Source: an uncultured archaeon
GTDB lineage: Archaea; Thermoproteota; Bathyarchaeia; Bathyarchaeales; Bathycorpusculaceae
DNA: 64,000 nt
Assembly (NCBI GenBank): GCA_963782915.1
Contig: CAWALK010000019.1
Span: 64,001-128,000 of the forward strand
Direction: 5' to 3'
Positions within the stretch are counted from its first letter, which is position 1. Each line of letters opens with the position of its first letter. Position numbers and translations under genes: made by a program. The notes under the pieces were generated by a model. The model worked only from the letters and a program-made list of their open reading frames with translations, had not been told where the DNA came from and ran no database searches. This document shows positions 52,185 through 61,402 of this stretch, in pieces.

Positions 52185-53663
52185 CTATTCTATTTGCCTA
52201 ACCTTACGCTTTGCCATAGCTGAGAAGCCTTTGTAGAATTCTTTCATGATGCGCTGGTACCATTTACCCTGGAAAGACCAATCCAGCAAGTTATCAACCC
52301 AATAGAAGTCATGTTCCGCACATTGAATGAGCAGTTCCTTGTGGCGTTCGCTTAGTTTAGTTTTGGTAAACCAGTCTTCACTGGTTAAATGACCCAGGGG
52401 CACAAAAAACAATGGCACAATTAAACTGCGCATGCCTTTGAGGTCATCGACGAGGTCCATTGTTTTGGTTATGTCTTCTTCTTTCTCGTCGGGTAACCCA
52501 ACGATTAGGGTGCATGCGGGAACCAGCTTATTATCATGCGCCAACCCCATACCATCCACGACAACGTCATGCCATTTATCAGCGCTAAACGGATGCGCCT
52601 TCGCGGGCATGATTTTTTTCGCAATCTCGGATGAACCGGTTTCTATGCCGATTTCCACGCCCCACCAAGTTTGTTTTTGTTGAATAATTTCTGAAAGTTG
52701 ATGGAAAAGTTTAGGGGCGGAAGCGATTGCAGCGAGTGAGCAGTGGCTCCAGCTGATGCTTTCGCATCTTTTCATCACTAATTCATGGAGTTGTAACAGT
52801 TTTTCGTCGTTTGGTATGGTGTTTTTTGAGCCATATAACATGACATCTTCTGAATGAATACACGCGCCTTTTACTCTGCCGGATTCCAAATTTACGGTTA
52901 ATTCACGTTCTATTTTCTCTATTGGATACCATCTTAGCGGGCGTAGTGTGACGTTGCAGAATTGGCAGCCTCGACAGCAGCCTCTTCCAATCTCAAGTAA
53001 ACCGTTGATGGATGGTCCCCTAATGTCGGGGATTTCGTCTAAGCTGGGTACTTCTCCGGCGCCTACTTCATAGTGGCTCGGTAAATCTTGGCCTTCTACT
53101 GCTGCTTTGAAGAGTTTTCCAACAACATTCTCTCCTTCCCCTTCCACAACACAGTCAATGCCCAGGTCTTTGACTGCTTTTTCTCGGTACTGGAATTGCC
53201 ATGCGCCGGGGCCTCCGACGATGATTTTTAAGCCGTTTTGTTTTGCTTTTCGGATTTCGGGGCTTATTAGTAAGTTGTGGAAGTGTTTGGCGAGGTAGGG
53301 TTCTTTTTTGAATAATGACGCGAGTGTGGTTGATGCCGGGCCTAAACCAAACGGGTCCATTGTGTGTATGCCTAGAACTTTGGCGTTTTCAAGGTGATTT
53401 TTTAGCTTTTTTGGGCTTACTGTGTCTACGTTAAATCCTTCTTTTAATAGTTGGGCTTCGGTTTTTCTCAAGCCATAGGGTGCAGTCCATGGTAGCCCAT
53501 TTGTTGTTTTTAGAGGTGGAAAGAACAGGTAGCTAAAGAGCCACTCAGGAATAAAATTGGGTGGCGCGCATGTGCCGAAACCGAGGAACTCGTTTTGATG
53601 GTAATTACTCATTAACGTTCTATCTGCGGTTAAAAGAACCTCTGTATTTTGCTTTCCTTCCAT
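52185..53663 (-). CDS. Radical SAM protein with B12-binding-like N-terminal domain
   Basis: APYGLRKTEA, DPFGLGP, IIVGGPGAWQ, VEGEGE, GRGCCRGCQFC, GIETGS. Confidence 0.88.
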   Translation of the reverse strand: MEGKQNTEVLLTADRTLMSNYHQNEFLGFGTCAPPNFIPEWLFSYLFFPPLKTTNGLPWTAPYGLRKTEAQLLKEGFNVDTVSPKKLKNHLENAKVLGIHTMDPFGLGPASTTLASLFKKEPYLAKHFHNLLISPEIRKAKQNGLKIIVGGPGAWQFQYREKAVKDLGIDCVVEGEGENVVGKLFKAAVEGQDLPSHYEVGAGEVPSLDEIPDIRGPSINGLLEIGRGCCRGCQFCNVTLRPLRWYPIEKIERELTVNLESGRVKGACIHSEDVMLYGSKNTIPNDEKLLQLHELVMKRCESISWSHCSLAAIASAPKLFHQLSEIIQQKQTWWGVEIGIETGSSEIAKKIMPAKAHPFSADKWHDVVVDGMGLAHDNKLVPACTLIVGLPDEKEEDITKTMDLVDDLKGMRSLIVPLFFVPLGHLTSEDWFTKTKLSERHKELLIQCAEHDFYWVDNLLDWSFQGKWYQRIMKEFYKGFSAMAKRKVRQIE

Positions 53664-53941
53664 CAGCCTTTCGCCCTAAAACTTGCCTTTTGAAGTAAAA
53701 TTGAGTCATTGTAAAGATGGATATAACTGTATTGCTCGCTTGCTGAACCCAAAACTTTTTTATGATTCAAAAAACCCCCGCAGAGTCAATCAAATCCCCG
53801 CTCGAGCGCACTTTTGTCAAGTATAAATCCCGTAAATTTTACACTCAAACGGCATGTTTTTGATAATTCACTAGAAAAATGTATATGAAGGGAGTAACAA
53901 TTTTACTTATAACTAACTATACTTAGTGAAGGGACTGCACT

Positions 53942-54505
53942 TTGAAAACTATGGTAGAGTTTAGATGGCATGGTAGAGGCGGACAGGGTGCTTGGACGGC
54001 CAGTGAATTGTTGGCTCGTACGGCCCTTGACGAAGGCAAATACATTCAATCTTTCCCCGAATTCGGGCCTGAGCGAATGGGTGCCCCAGTAACAGCCTTT
54101 ACCCGAATCAGCACTGAACCAATAAGGTTACATTGCGCAATCTATGATCCAGATGTCGTGGTAGTTTTAGATAATACGTTACTAAAATCTGTACCAGTGA
54201 CAAATGGATTAAACCGTGACGAAGACTGTTTAATAATAAATTCAAGCGATGAACCGGCTAAACTCAAGGAAAGCCTTCATGTAGTGAAAGGCAAAGTTTG
54301 GACTGTTCCGGCAACCGAAATCGCCCTAAGAATCCTGGGTGCCCCCATCACAAACACAGCCCTGTTAGGTGTCGTGGCAAAAGCCACTAACATAGTCACC
54401 TTAGAAGGCATTCAAAAAACCCTCAAAGGCAAATTCAGACCCGACCTAGCAGAGAAAAACTTCGCTGTTATCGAAGAAGCATACAAGGAGGCAAAAGTGG
54501 AATGA
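53942..54505 (+). CDS. porC: Pyruvate/2-ketoisovalerate:ferredoxin oxidoreductase gamma subunit
   Basis: EFRWHGRGGQGA, FPEFGPERMGAPV, NTALLG. Confidence 0.93.
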   Translation: MKTMVEFRWHGRGGQGAWTASELLARTALDEGKYIQSFPEFGPERMGAPVTAFTRISTEPIRLHCAIYDPDVVVVLDNTLLKSVPVTNGLNRDEDCLIINSSDEPAKLKESLHVVKGKVWTVPATEIALRILGAPITNTALLGVVAKATNIVTLEGIQKTLKGKFRPDLAEKNFAVIEEAYKEAKVE

Positions 54506-54786
54506 GTCGCAAAGAGAAAACTTGGAAAGAAATCTCAATCGCAGGTGTTCCACCTAAATCAAGCATAGGCTTCATGACCGGCGACTGGAAAACTTACATG
54601 CCAATCCGTGACCTAGAAAAATGCACCACCTGCCTAACCTGTGTGATGTTTTGCCCGGAAGGAGCAATCCGTTACCGCCCGGAAGCAGGGAAAATCGAGT
54701 TTGACTTCAGCTTCTGCAAAGGATGCGGAATATGCGCTAACGAATGCCCAACTAAAGCAATAACAATGAAGATGCCCGAGGAATAA
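54502..54786 (+). CDS. porD: Oxidoreductase delta subunit (2x 4Fe-4S)
   Basis: TGDWK..P, CTTCLTCVMFCP, CKGCGICANECP. Confidence 0.93.
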   Translation: MSRKEKTWKEISIAGVPPKSSIGFMTGDWKTYMPIRDLEKCTTCLTCVMFCPEGAIRYRPEAGKIEFDFSFCKGCGICANECPTKAITMKMPEE

Positions 54787-54788
54787 GT

Positions 54789-56024
54789 ATGGCTGCACAA
54801 AAAACTAAACAAGAAATTGTTGCTATGAACGGGGACGAAGCAGTCGCGTTTGCAGTTAAACAATGCGACGTTGACGTAGTTGCCGCTTACCCCATTACAC
54901 CACAAACTATCATTGTGGAAAAATTCAGTGAGTATGTTGCCAACGGTGAAGTTCAAACACAGTATGTTTGCACTGAATCTGAACACAGCGCTATGACTGC
55001 TTGTATTGCAGCCGCCGCAACGGGTGCACGAACCTTCACAGCAAGCGCCTCCGCAGGTTTAGCTTTGATGCATGAAATGCTCTTCGTCGCTTCAGGTTCA
55101 CGTGTTCCAATCGTTATGGCAGTAGCAAACCGTGCATTATCTGCGCCGCTGAACATTCATGGTGACCAATCAGACGCTATGGCAGAGCGGGATAGCGGAT
55201 GGATACAAATCTACGCTGAAAACGCTCAAGAAGCCTACGACTCAATCATACAAGCCTTCAAAATCGCCGAAGACCTCAACATCAACTTACCCGTCATAGT
55301 AGGTATCGACGGCTTCACCATCAGCCACACGCTTGAACGCGTTGATGTGCTCTCTGAAGAGGATGTCAGAGGCTATGTCGGTGAACGCATGTATCCATTA
55401 GTGCTTACTCACGAAGGCAAAACAGTGCCCTTCAAACTGGACCCAGCTAACCCAATGACTATGGGACCCAACGCCTTACAGAACTACTACTTCGAATTCA
55501 AACGCCAACAAGAAGAAGGCATGAGAGTTGCCTTAAAGAAGATACAAGAAGTCAACACTGAATACGCTAAACTAAGCGGCAGAAGCTACGGCAACGGCTT
55601 AATCGATGCCTACAAACTCGACGATGCAGAAGTCGCAATCGTTGTTATCGGCTCTACCGCCGGAACCTTAAAGGTCATAGTTGACGAACTTCGCGAAGAA
55701 GGCATCAAAGCGGGTGTTCTTAGAATCCGCTCCTTTAGACCCTTCCCAGCAGAAGACATAAAGAATGCACTCAAAAACGCCAAAGCAGTCGCAGTTATGG
55801 ACAAAAGCATGTGTCCCGGCGGCTTAGGCGCAGCAGTCTACAACGAAGTGCGAAACGCCCTCTATGATGTGAAACAGCGCCCATTAATGGTTAATTACAT
55901 ATTCGGTTTAGGCGGCAGAGACTACAGCCCCCATGAACTACGCAGAATCTACGAAGACCTCCTCAAGATAGCTAAAACAGGGCAAGCTGAGAAACAAATT
56001 AACTATTTAGGATTAAGGGAGTAA
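54789..56024 (+). CDS. porA: Oxidoreductase alpha subunit
   Basis: AAYPITPQT, ESEHSA, ANRALSAPLNIHGD, FRPFP, GLGGRD. Confidence 0.94.
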   Translation: MAAQKTKQEIVAMNGDEAVAFAVKQCDVDVVAAYPITPQTIIVEKFSEYVANGEVQTQYVCTESEHSAMTACIAAAATGARTFTASASAGLALMHEMLFVASGSRVPIVMAVANRALSAPLNIHGDQSDAMAERDSGWIQIYAENAQEAYDSIIQAFKIAEDLNINLPVIVGIDGFTISHTLERVDVLSEEDVRGYVGERMYPLVLTHEGKTVPFKLDPANPMTMGPNALQNYYFEFKRQQEEGMRVALKKIQEVNTEYAKLSGRSYGNGLIDAYKLDDAEVAIVVIGSTAGTLKVIVDELREEGIKAGVLRIRSFRPFPAEDIKNALKNAKAVAVMDKSMCPGGLGAAVYNEVRNALYDVKQRPLMVNYIFGLGGRDYSPHELRRIYEDLLKIAKTGQAEKQINYLGLRE

Positions 56025-56030
56025 ACGAAA

Positions 56031-57002
56031 ATGACGACTCAAGAATGGAAATTCACAGCAAAAGACATTGCAGCAAAACCAGACTTATTCATGTCCGGTC
56101 ACCGCGCATGCGCAGGCTGCGGACCAGTATCCGTGCTACGCCTCGTCATGAAAGCCACCCGTGGACCAACCATCGTTACGCAAGCAACAGGCTGCATGGA
56201 AATCGTCGGCTCCATCTATCCCTACACATCCTGGGGCTTACCCTGGCTTCACACCGCTTTCGAGAATGCAGCTGCAAACGCTTCAGGCATCGATGCAGCA
56301 ATAAAAATCATGCGCAAAAAGGGCAAAATAAAAGATGAACACGTCGACATCATCGCCATTGCAGGCGACGGTGGAACATACGACATCGGTTTACAAGCAC
56401 TCTCAGGCGCAGTTGAACGCGGACACGACTTCCTCTTCGTACTCTACGATAACGAAGGTTACATGAACACCGGCATCCAAAGAAGCAGCTCAACCCCAAT
56501 CGGTGCAGCAACAACCACAAGCCCCGCAGGCTCCGTAATACCCGGCAAACTGGAAAAGAAGAAACCCATCACCGAAATCATGCTTGCACACGAAATGGAA
56601 TACGTCGCCACAGCAACACCCTACTACTGGAAAGACCTCCTAACCAAAGTCCGCAAAGGACTCGAAGTTGAAGGTCCAGCGTTTCTGCATGTGTTCGCGC
56701 CATGCCCAAGAGGCTGGAGAAGCGACCCCGCAAAAACCATGGAGTACTCAAAACTCTCAGTTGAAAGCTGCGTCTTCCCAATCTGGGAAGCAGTCAACGG
56801 CAAACGCCAACTATCAACACCAAGCAAAGTCATCTCGCTAGCACCACAGAAAAAGAAACCAGTCAAAGCTTACCTTGAAGGACAAGGCAGATTCCGCCAC
56901 CTCTTCACACCACAGAACCAGCATATCATCGATGAGATTCAGCAGTCAACTGATGCGCGCTGGGCTAAACTGCTCCAGAAATGCGAAACAGGCACAAACT
57001 AA
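56031..57002 (+). CDS. porB: Oxidoreductase beta subunit (TPP-binding)
   Basis: GHRACAGCG, ATGC, GDGGTYDIG, YDNEGYMNTGIQRS, PCPRGW. Confidence 0.94.
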   Translation: MTTQEWKFTAKDIAAKPDLFMSGHRACAGCGPVSVLRLVMKATRGPTIVTQATGCMEIVGSIYPYTSWGLPWLHTAFENAAANASGIDAAIKIMRKKGKIKDEHVDIIAIAGDGGTYDIGLQALSGAVERGHDFLFVLYDNEGYMNTGIQRSSSTPIGAATTTSPAGSVIPGKLEKKKPITEIMLAHEMEYVATATPYYWKDLLTKVRKGLEVEGPAFLHVFAPCPRGWRSDPAKTMEYSKLSVESCVFPIWEAVNGKRQLSTPSKVISLAPQKKKPVKAYLEGQGRFRHLFTPQNQHIIDEIQQSTDARWAKLLQKCETGTN

Positions 57003-57143
57003 ACAACCCCTTTTCCTTTCCCTAAATTTTAGATATCAAATTAGCAAATCTTTTTTTTAATCAGGCTCTTGATAAGTCGCCTCTAAAGAAATGTTTTTAT
57101 CTTTTCAAGCGTTGACCTAGTTAGTAATAGGTCGGATCTTTTT

Positions 57144-59030
57144 TTGCCTAAGTTTTTTGCAATAGTATTGACTGCAATTTTGTTTCTTGGCTTAGTGTTT
57201 GTAGGTGGAGTTGACCTAATAACGGGTCAAAGCGGTTCAGCCGTCGAGGGGATAATTAACAAAGATACAACCTGGACAAAAGAAAGTAGCCCCTGCAACC
57301 TGACTGGGAACGTTCTTATCAACAATGAGGTTACCTTAACTGTTGAAGCAGGTGTTACCGTTAATCTTAATGGTTATTATATTGAAGTAAACGGTAGTTT
57401 CATAGCCAAAGGGACTGGTATTGACCCGATTTTCTTTAAAAACGGTTATGAATCTAATCAGGGTATAATTTTTGATCCAGCAAGCATCAGTTGGAACCAA
57501 AGCACAGGCATTGGATCAATCATTGAAAACGCAGCACTTGATTCTGTAGGAATATTTTGCTATGGTGCGACCCCTAGGATTAACCACAACTTGTTTTACA
57601 ATTCAGGTAATTACATTCAAGCGCAATATGCAATTCTGTTTATAGGACCGTATAGCAAACCCTCTATGGTTATTTCTAACAATACCTTTGTCTCAAACTA
57701 CTCCCAAGCTGCAATAGAAATTAACTCCGCAGGCGTCTCACCCCCAATAATTATAAACAATAATTTCGTCGGTACCAATCGCTATAATGTTCAATCTGGC
57801 TTTGATACACCATTAATTAATGCGACGTACAATTGGTGGGGCTCAACTGATTCACAAGCTATAAACCAGACAATTTTTGATTATAAAAATAATTTCCAAA
57901 TTGGAACAGTTGACTTTGTGCCTTTCCTAACCGTACCAAACTCTCAAGCCCCAACTTATATAATTTCTTCCGCTGGTTACGGAGGTTCTATCGATCCATT
58001 CGGTTATGTTCCAGTAAGTTTTGGCAGCAACAAAACATTCAGCATTACAGCGAACAACGGGTATCGCATACTTGACGTTAAGATAAATGGGACTTCAGTT
58101 GGTATAGTTAGCTCTTATACTTTGCAAAACATTCAGGGAGCAACATCCATCTCCGCTACTTTTATACTCAATCCAACCGTAACACCAATACCTTCGCCAA
58201 CTCCTACCGTAACTCTAACTCCAACCCCAACAGGTACTACAACACCCACTTCTACTCCCAAACCTACAATTCCACCGATTCCAATCCCATCGCCCACAGC
58301 GAAATTGACGCCTTATCTAGAGGTTTCCTGCAAAAGTTCAGCTACTTACTCCCACTTTAAAGTGGACATTAATGGCCTTTTGACCGCAAATGACACAAGC
58401 CTACCCGATTTACCAGTTTTGCTTTCTTATAGTGTTGACGGAGGCAACTCTTGGGAGCCTCTTACACTTGTAAACACAGACAACTATGGCGGGTTTTCAG
58501 CTGAATGGATGCCCTCAGTCACCGGTAATTATTTTCTCAAAGCAGTTTACGCTGGCAATTCAGACTATTCCCAAGTTACAACTATAGTTAACTTTGCAGT
58601 TTTGCCATTTGAAGAGAAAAATGTTTTCTCTATCGCTTCCAACTCAACTGTAACAGCGTTTGTTTTCAACTCAACAAACGAGGAATTAAGCTTCAGGGTT
58701 AGTGGCGAATCAGGGACAACTGGATATGTTAATGTTTTCATTCCGAAATCGCTTCTGAGTGACACTTCGGGCATGAATGTTTACATGGATGATAACAAAT
58801 TGACTCCATCGATTGAGTCTCAAGGCGATCTGTGGCTTGTGTCTTTTACTTATCACCACAGTACCCATCAAGTAACAATAAATATTGGTAATGAACCATC
58901 ACCTCCATTTTTCGATAGCCAACTTGGACAATTAGCCATCGTTGGATTAGCGACGATTGCTATAGCAATTGTTGTAGTTGTAATTGTTCTTAAAAAACGC
59001 AAGGGTGCAGAGACCTACAGAGAGAAGTAG
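57144..59030 (+). CDS. Cell-surface protein: beta-helix, InlB-B-like repeat, PT linker, Ig-like domain, C-terminal TM
   Basis: Signal peptide, LTVEAGVTV, INATYNWWG, GGSIDP..ITANNGYRI, (PT)n, YHHSTHQV, TM + KKRK. Confidence 0.85.
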   Translation: MPKFFAIVLTAILFLGLVFVGGVDLITGQSGSAVEGIINKDTTWTKESSPCNLTGNVLINNEVTLTVEAGVTVNLNGYYIEVNGSFIAKGTGIDPIFFKNGYESNQGIIFDPASISWNQSTGIGSIIENAALDSVGIFCYGATPRINHNLFYNSGNYIQAQYAILFIGPYSKPSMVISNNTFVSNYSQAAIEINSAGVSPPIIINNNFVGTNRYNVQSGFDTPLINATYNWWGSTDSQAINQTIFDYKNNFQIGTVDFVPFLTVPNSQAPTYIISSAGYGGSIDPFGYVPVSFGSNKTFSITANNGYRILDVKINGTSVGIVSSYTLQNIQGATSISATFILNPTVTPIPSPTPTVTLTPTPTGTTTPTSTPKPTIPPIPIPSPTAKLTPYLEVSCKSSATYSHFKVDINGLLTANDTSLPDLPVLLSYSVDGGNSWEPLTLVNTDNYGGFSAEWMPSVTGNYFLKAVYAGNSDYSQVTTIVNFAVLPFEEKNVFSIASNSTVTAFVFNSTNEELSFRVSGESGTTGYVNVFIPKSLLSDTSGMNVYMDDNKLTPSIESQGDLWLVSFTYHHSTHQVTINIGNEPSPPFFDSQLGQLAIVGLATIAIAIVVVVIVLKKRKGAETYREK

Positions 59031-59129
59031 AACCCCTAAGAGGGAAATTCGGTTGGCGGTTTTCAGAGTAATTAACACTCAGTCTCTTTATAGGCGAATG
59101 GGGTCCTCTGAGAGCAGCAGCGGCTTTTC

Positions 59130-59312
59130 AACTTAGCAGTTTTGCTTGGTTTGTCGGCGTTTGCGGCTCTATCGTATACGAGTGTGGCTTTGTTTGGAGT
59201 TGGAGCTGCGGCGCTGTTGCTGCTTTTCATCGGCATTCACAACGCCTGGGATAGCATAGTTTACCTTGCACTCTTCAGCAAACAGAATAAGAAGACAAAC
59301 GGCGCTGATTGA
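59130..59312 (+). pseudogene. 3' remnant of a membrane protein gene
   Basis: LAVLLGLSAFAALSYTSVALFGVGAAALLLLFIGIHNAWDSIVYL...* with no evident start; begins right after a dispersed motif copy. Confidence 0.55.
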
Positions 59313-59451
59313 ATGCAAACTCAATTGCCCATGTCAATACGAAATGAGTTATGTCGAAGATGCATTAGCTCCACTTCAATGGCGGCTTGTGACTTCAAAA
59401 GTAACAAGTTCATGCTTTCACATCCACACCGCGGCGGTTTCAAAATGTTAA

Positions 59452-59673
59452 TCAGAGTAATTCTATAAATTCTTCCTTAGATAGCCCTGTGTCTTTGATG
59501 ATTTTTAGGAGTAAGCCTGAACCTATCTCTTCTCCTGAATGAACTGGGACAACGGTGAGGCGACCATCTGGATGTTTTAGAACCACATGGCTGCCGTGTT
59601 TTCTGGCTATTTCAAAACCCAATTTAGATAGAGCTTTAATTATTTTGGCTGCTGGTTGTGGTCTTAGGCTCAT
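59452..59673 (-). CDS. hicA: HicA family toxin
   Basis: LSKLGFEIARKHGSHVVLKHPDGRLTVVPVH..EIGSGLL. Confidence 0.93.
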   Translation of the reverse strand: MSLRPQPAAKIIKALSKLGFEIARKHGSHVVLKHPDGRLTVVPVHSGEEIGSGLLLKIIKDTGLSKEEFIELL

Positions 59674-59886
59674 TTATGCTTGGACCTCTACAAACTGAAC
59701 GCCAACAAGTTCGGTTCGACCAGAGCTTTTTTGTCCTTCTGTGGCTAAGCATGCTTGGATGGCTTCCTTTATTCGTTCCATCACTTTATCAAGCGTTTTT
59801 GCTTGAGTGTGGCAACCGGGCAGTTCAGGAACAGAGGCAACATAGTAGCCCTCTTCGTCTTTCTCAACTACTACACCGAATTTCAC
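59674..59886 (-). CDS. hicB: HicB family antitoxin (short, no DNA-binding domain)
   Basis: VVVEKDEEGYYVASVPELPGCHTQAKTLD. Confidence 0.93.
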   Translation of the reverse strand: MKFGVVVEKDEEGYYVASVPELPGCHTQAKTLDKVMERIKEAIQACLATEGQKSSGRTELVGVQFVEVQA

Positions 59887-60234
59887 GATTAATCACCAAG
59901 TCAATATCTTGTATGGTATAGGGTAACTAAACCTTTTCGCAGAATACAATAGGATAGGGCACAAAGAAGGTTCTATAGCATGAAAATAAATGCAAGCAAC
60001 ACATGCTTCCACATCCACATGGGGACGATTTCAACATGGCGCTATGTTGGGCGTGTGGTGTAAATCAGTTATCCCACACCCTAACGGGCGTTGGAAAACG
60101 TTGCACTGACAAAACGGGACTTGCTTCTCAAGCTGTCTTGTGGAAAATTAAAAGTCGCCACACCCACATAAAGAGAAAAAATCAATTAGCCTTTTTATAA
60201 GGGAGGGGTCTGCTGCGAGAGCAACAAAACATGC

Positions 60235-60666
60235 CTAAGTTTTGTGTAGCCAGCCGCGTCCACCCTTCTTAGGTTGCTGACTAACCTTCTTTTCGGGTAG
60301 GTACTCGCTTTGGCGCCTGCTCTTTTGAGGATTAATTTCGGTCTTAACGAATTTAGTCCAGCCACCAACATTAACATCCGGTTGGACAAAGGTTTCTGGA
60401 TTTTCAACTTTATGTTGCTCAAGTATTTCTTTAAAATTGAGGGGCTTGTAATCCCTCGATGCGTGGATGATTGTTCCGCGTTCCACATGAAGAGAATCGT
60501 AGTTGCTGTTGGAGATGTCTTCTGCGCGAACCTTATCGTTTAAGCGTTCGCTCCAAAGCTGTTTCCATTGGACTCTAAGTTCCTCAACCAGCTTCTTTTG
60601 AGCTTGAATTCTGCCTTCGACGGTTTGGTCTGCAGAGTCTTTGGTTGAGTCACCACTAACCTGCAA
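60235..60666 (-). CDS. Conserved-type hypothetical protein
   Basis: 143 aa with motif-like blocks WKQLWSER.NDKVRAE, VERGTIIHASR, VGGWTKF, GGRGW. Confidence 0.7.
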   Translation of the reverse strand: MQVSGDSTKDSADQTVEGRIQAQKKLVEELRVQWKQLWSERLNDKVRAEDISNSNYDSLHVERGTIIHASRDYKPLNFKEILEQHKVENPETFVQPDVNVGGWTKFVKTEINPQKSRRQSEYLPEKKVSQQPKKGGRGWLHKT

Positions 60667-60756
60667 GTTGCCCTCTCTTCCTCTGTCTGCTACACTTATT
60701 TGTGTCGAATATTTAACCTTATTAACGGCAACCGCGAAAAATGCCCTAATGAAGGG

Positions 60757-61251
60757 TTATGCTGAGCCTGTTATTACGATATTCATGCCGAAACTTGTTA
60801 CTGAGCCTGTATCGGCTGCTACTGTTAGGGTCAATGTTGCTGGAACAATGTTGCCTGCGGTTAAACTGGTGGCTTCCTTGTTCCATGATAGGGTTAAGAC
60901 TGTGCTTGCTGCTGTTGGGTTCCACTCAGTGGCGTACATGCTTAAGGTTTGAGCGGTGTTGCCGGTGTTTTTAATGTAGATTGTTCTTGAGATAGTTTGG
61001 CCTGGTTGGATGGTTCCCCATTCTATGCTTGTGCATTTAGTTGTTGCATCTGCGTTTGTGTAGATGTCTAGGTTGGTTGTGCCGGTTATGGGCGCTTGAG
61101 TTGGGTCTGGTTCGTTATTGCCGGGTGCCTGAATGGTTCCGCTTGAAGGTAAATTCTGCGAGCTTAACACTGCTGCTGTTACCGCTGTTAAGACAACGGC
61201 TAAAGTGACAAGTGCAACCAGCGGTACGAGGAGTTTTTTGTTTAGGTTCAG
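60757..61251 (-). CDS. Secreted small Ig-like protein; probable CTG start
   Basis: Frame extends upstream to CTG at 61251, adding signal peptide NLNKKLLVPLVALVTLAVVLTAVTAA; IEWGTIQPG, IYIKNTGN. Confidence 0.7.
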   Translation of the reverse strand: MNLNKKLLVPLVALVTLAVVLTAVTAAVLSSQNLPSSGTIQAPGNNEPDPTQAPITGTTNLDIYTNADATTKCTSIEWGTIQPGQTISRTIYIKNTGNTAQTLSMYATEWNPTAASTVLTLSWNKEATSLTAGNIVPATLTLTVAADTGSVTSFGMNIVITGSA

Positions 61252-61402
61252 TTTGTTCGCCCCTACAAAATAAAATGGTGTATAGCATCTTAATAAACAC
61301 TATACACGATTCATATTAAAAACTGAACTGTACAACAATCCTACAAAAATGAATTACACAAACATATTCATAATATGAATAAAAAATGGTCCCATAGCTA
61401 AC

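Noticed and set aside
58185-58300. Low-complexity CCA/ACT repeats
   Set aside because: They encode an ordinary Pro/Thr linker of a surface protein.
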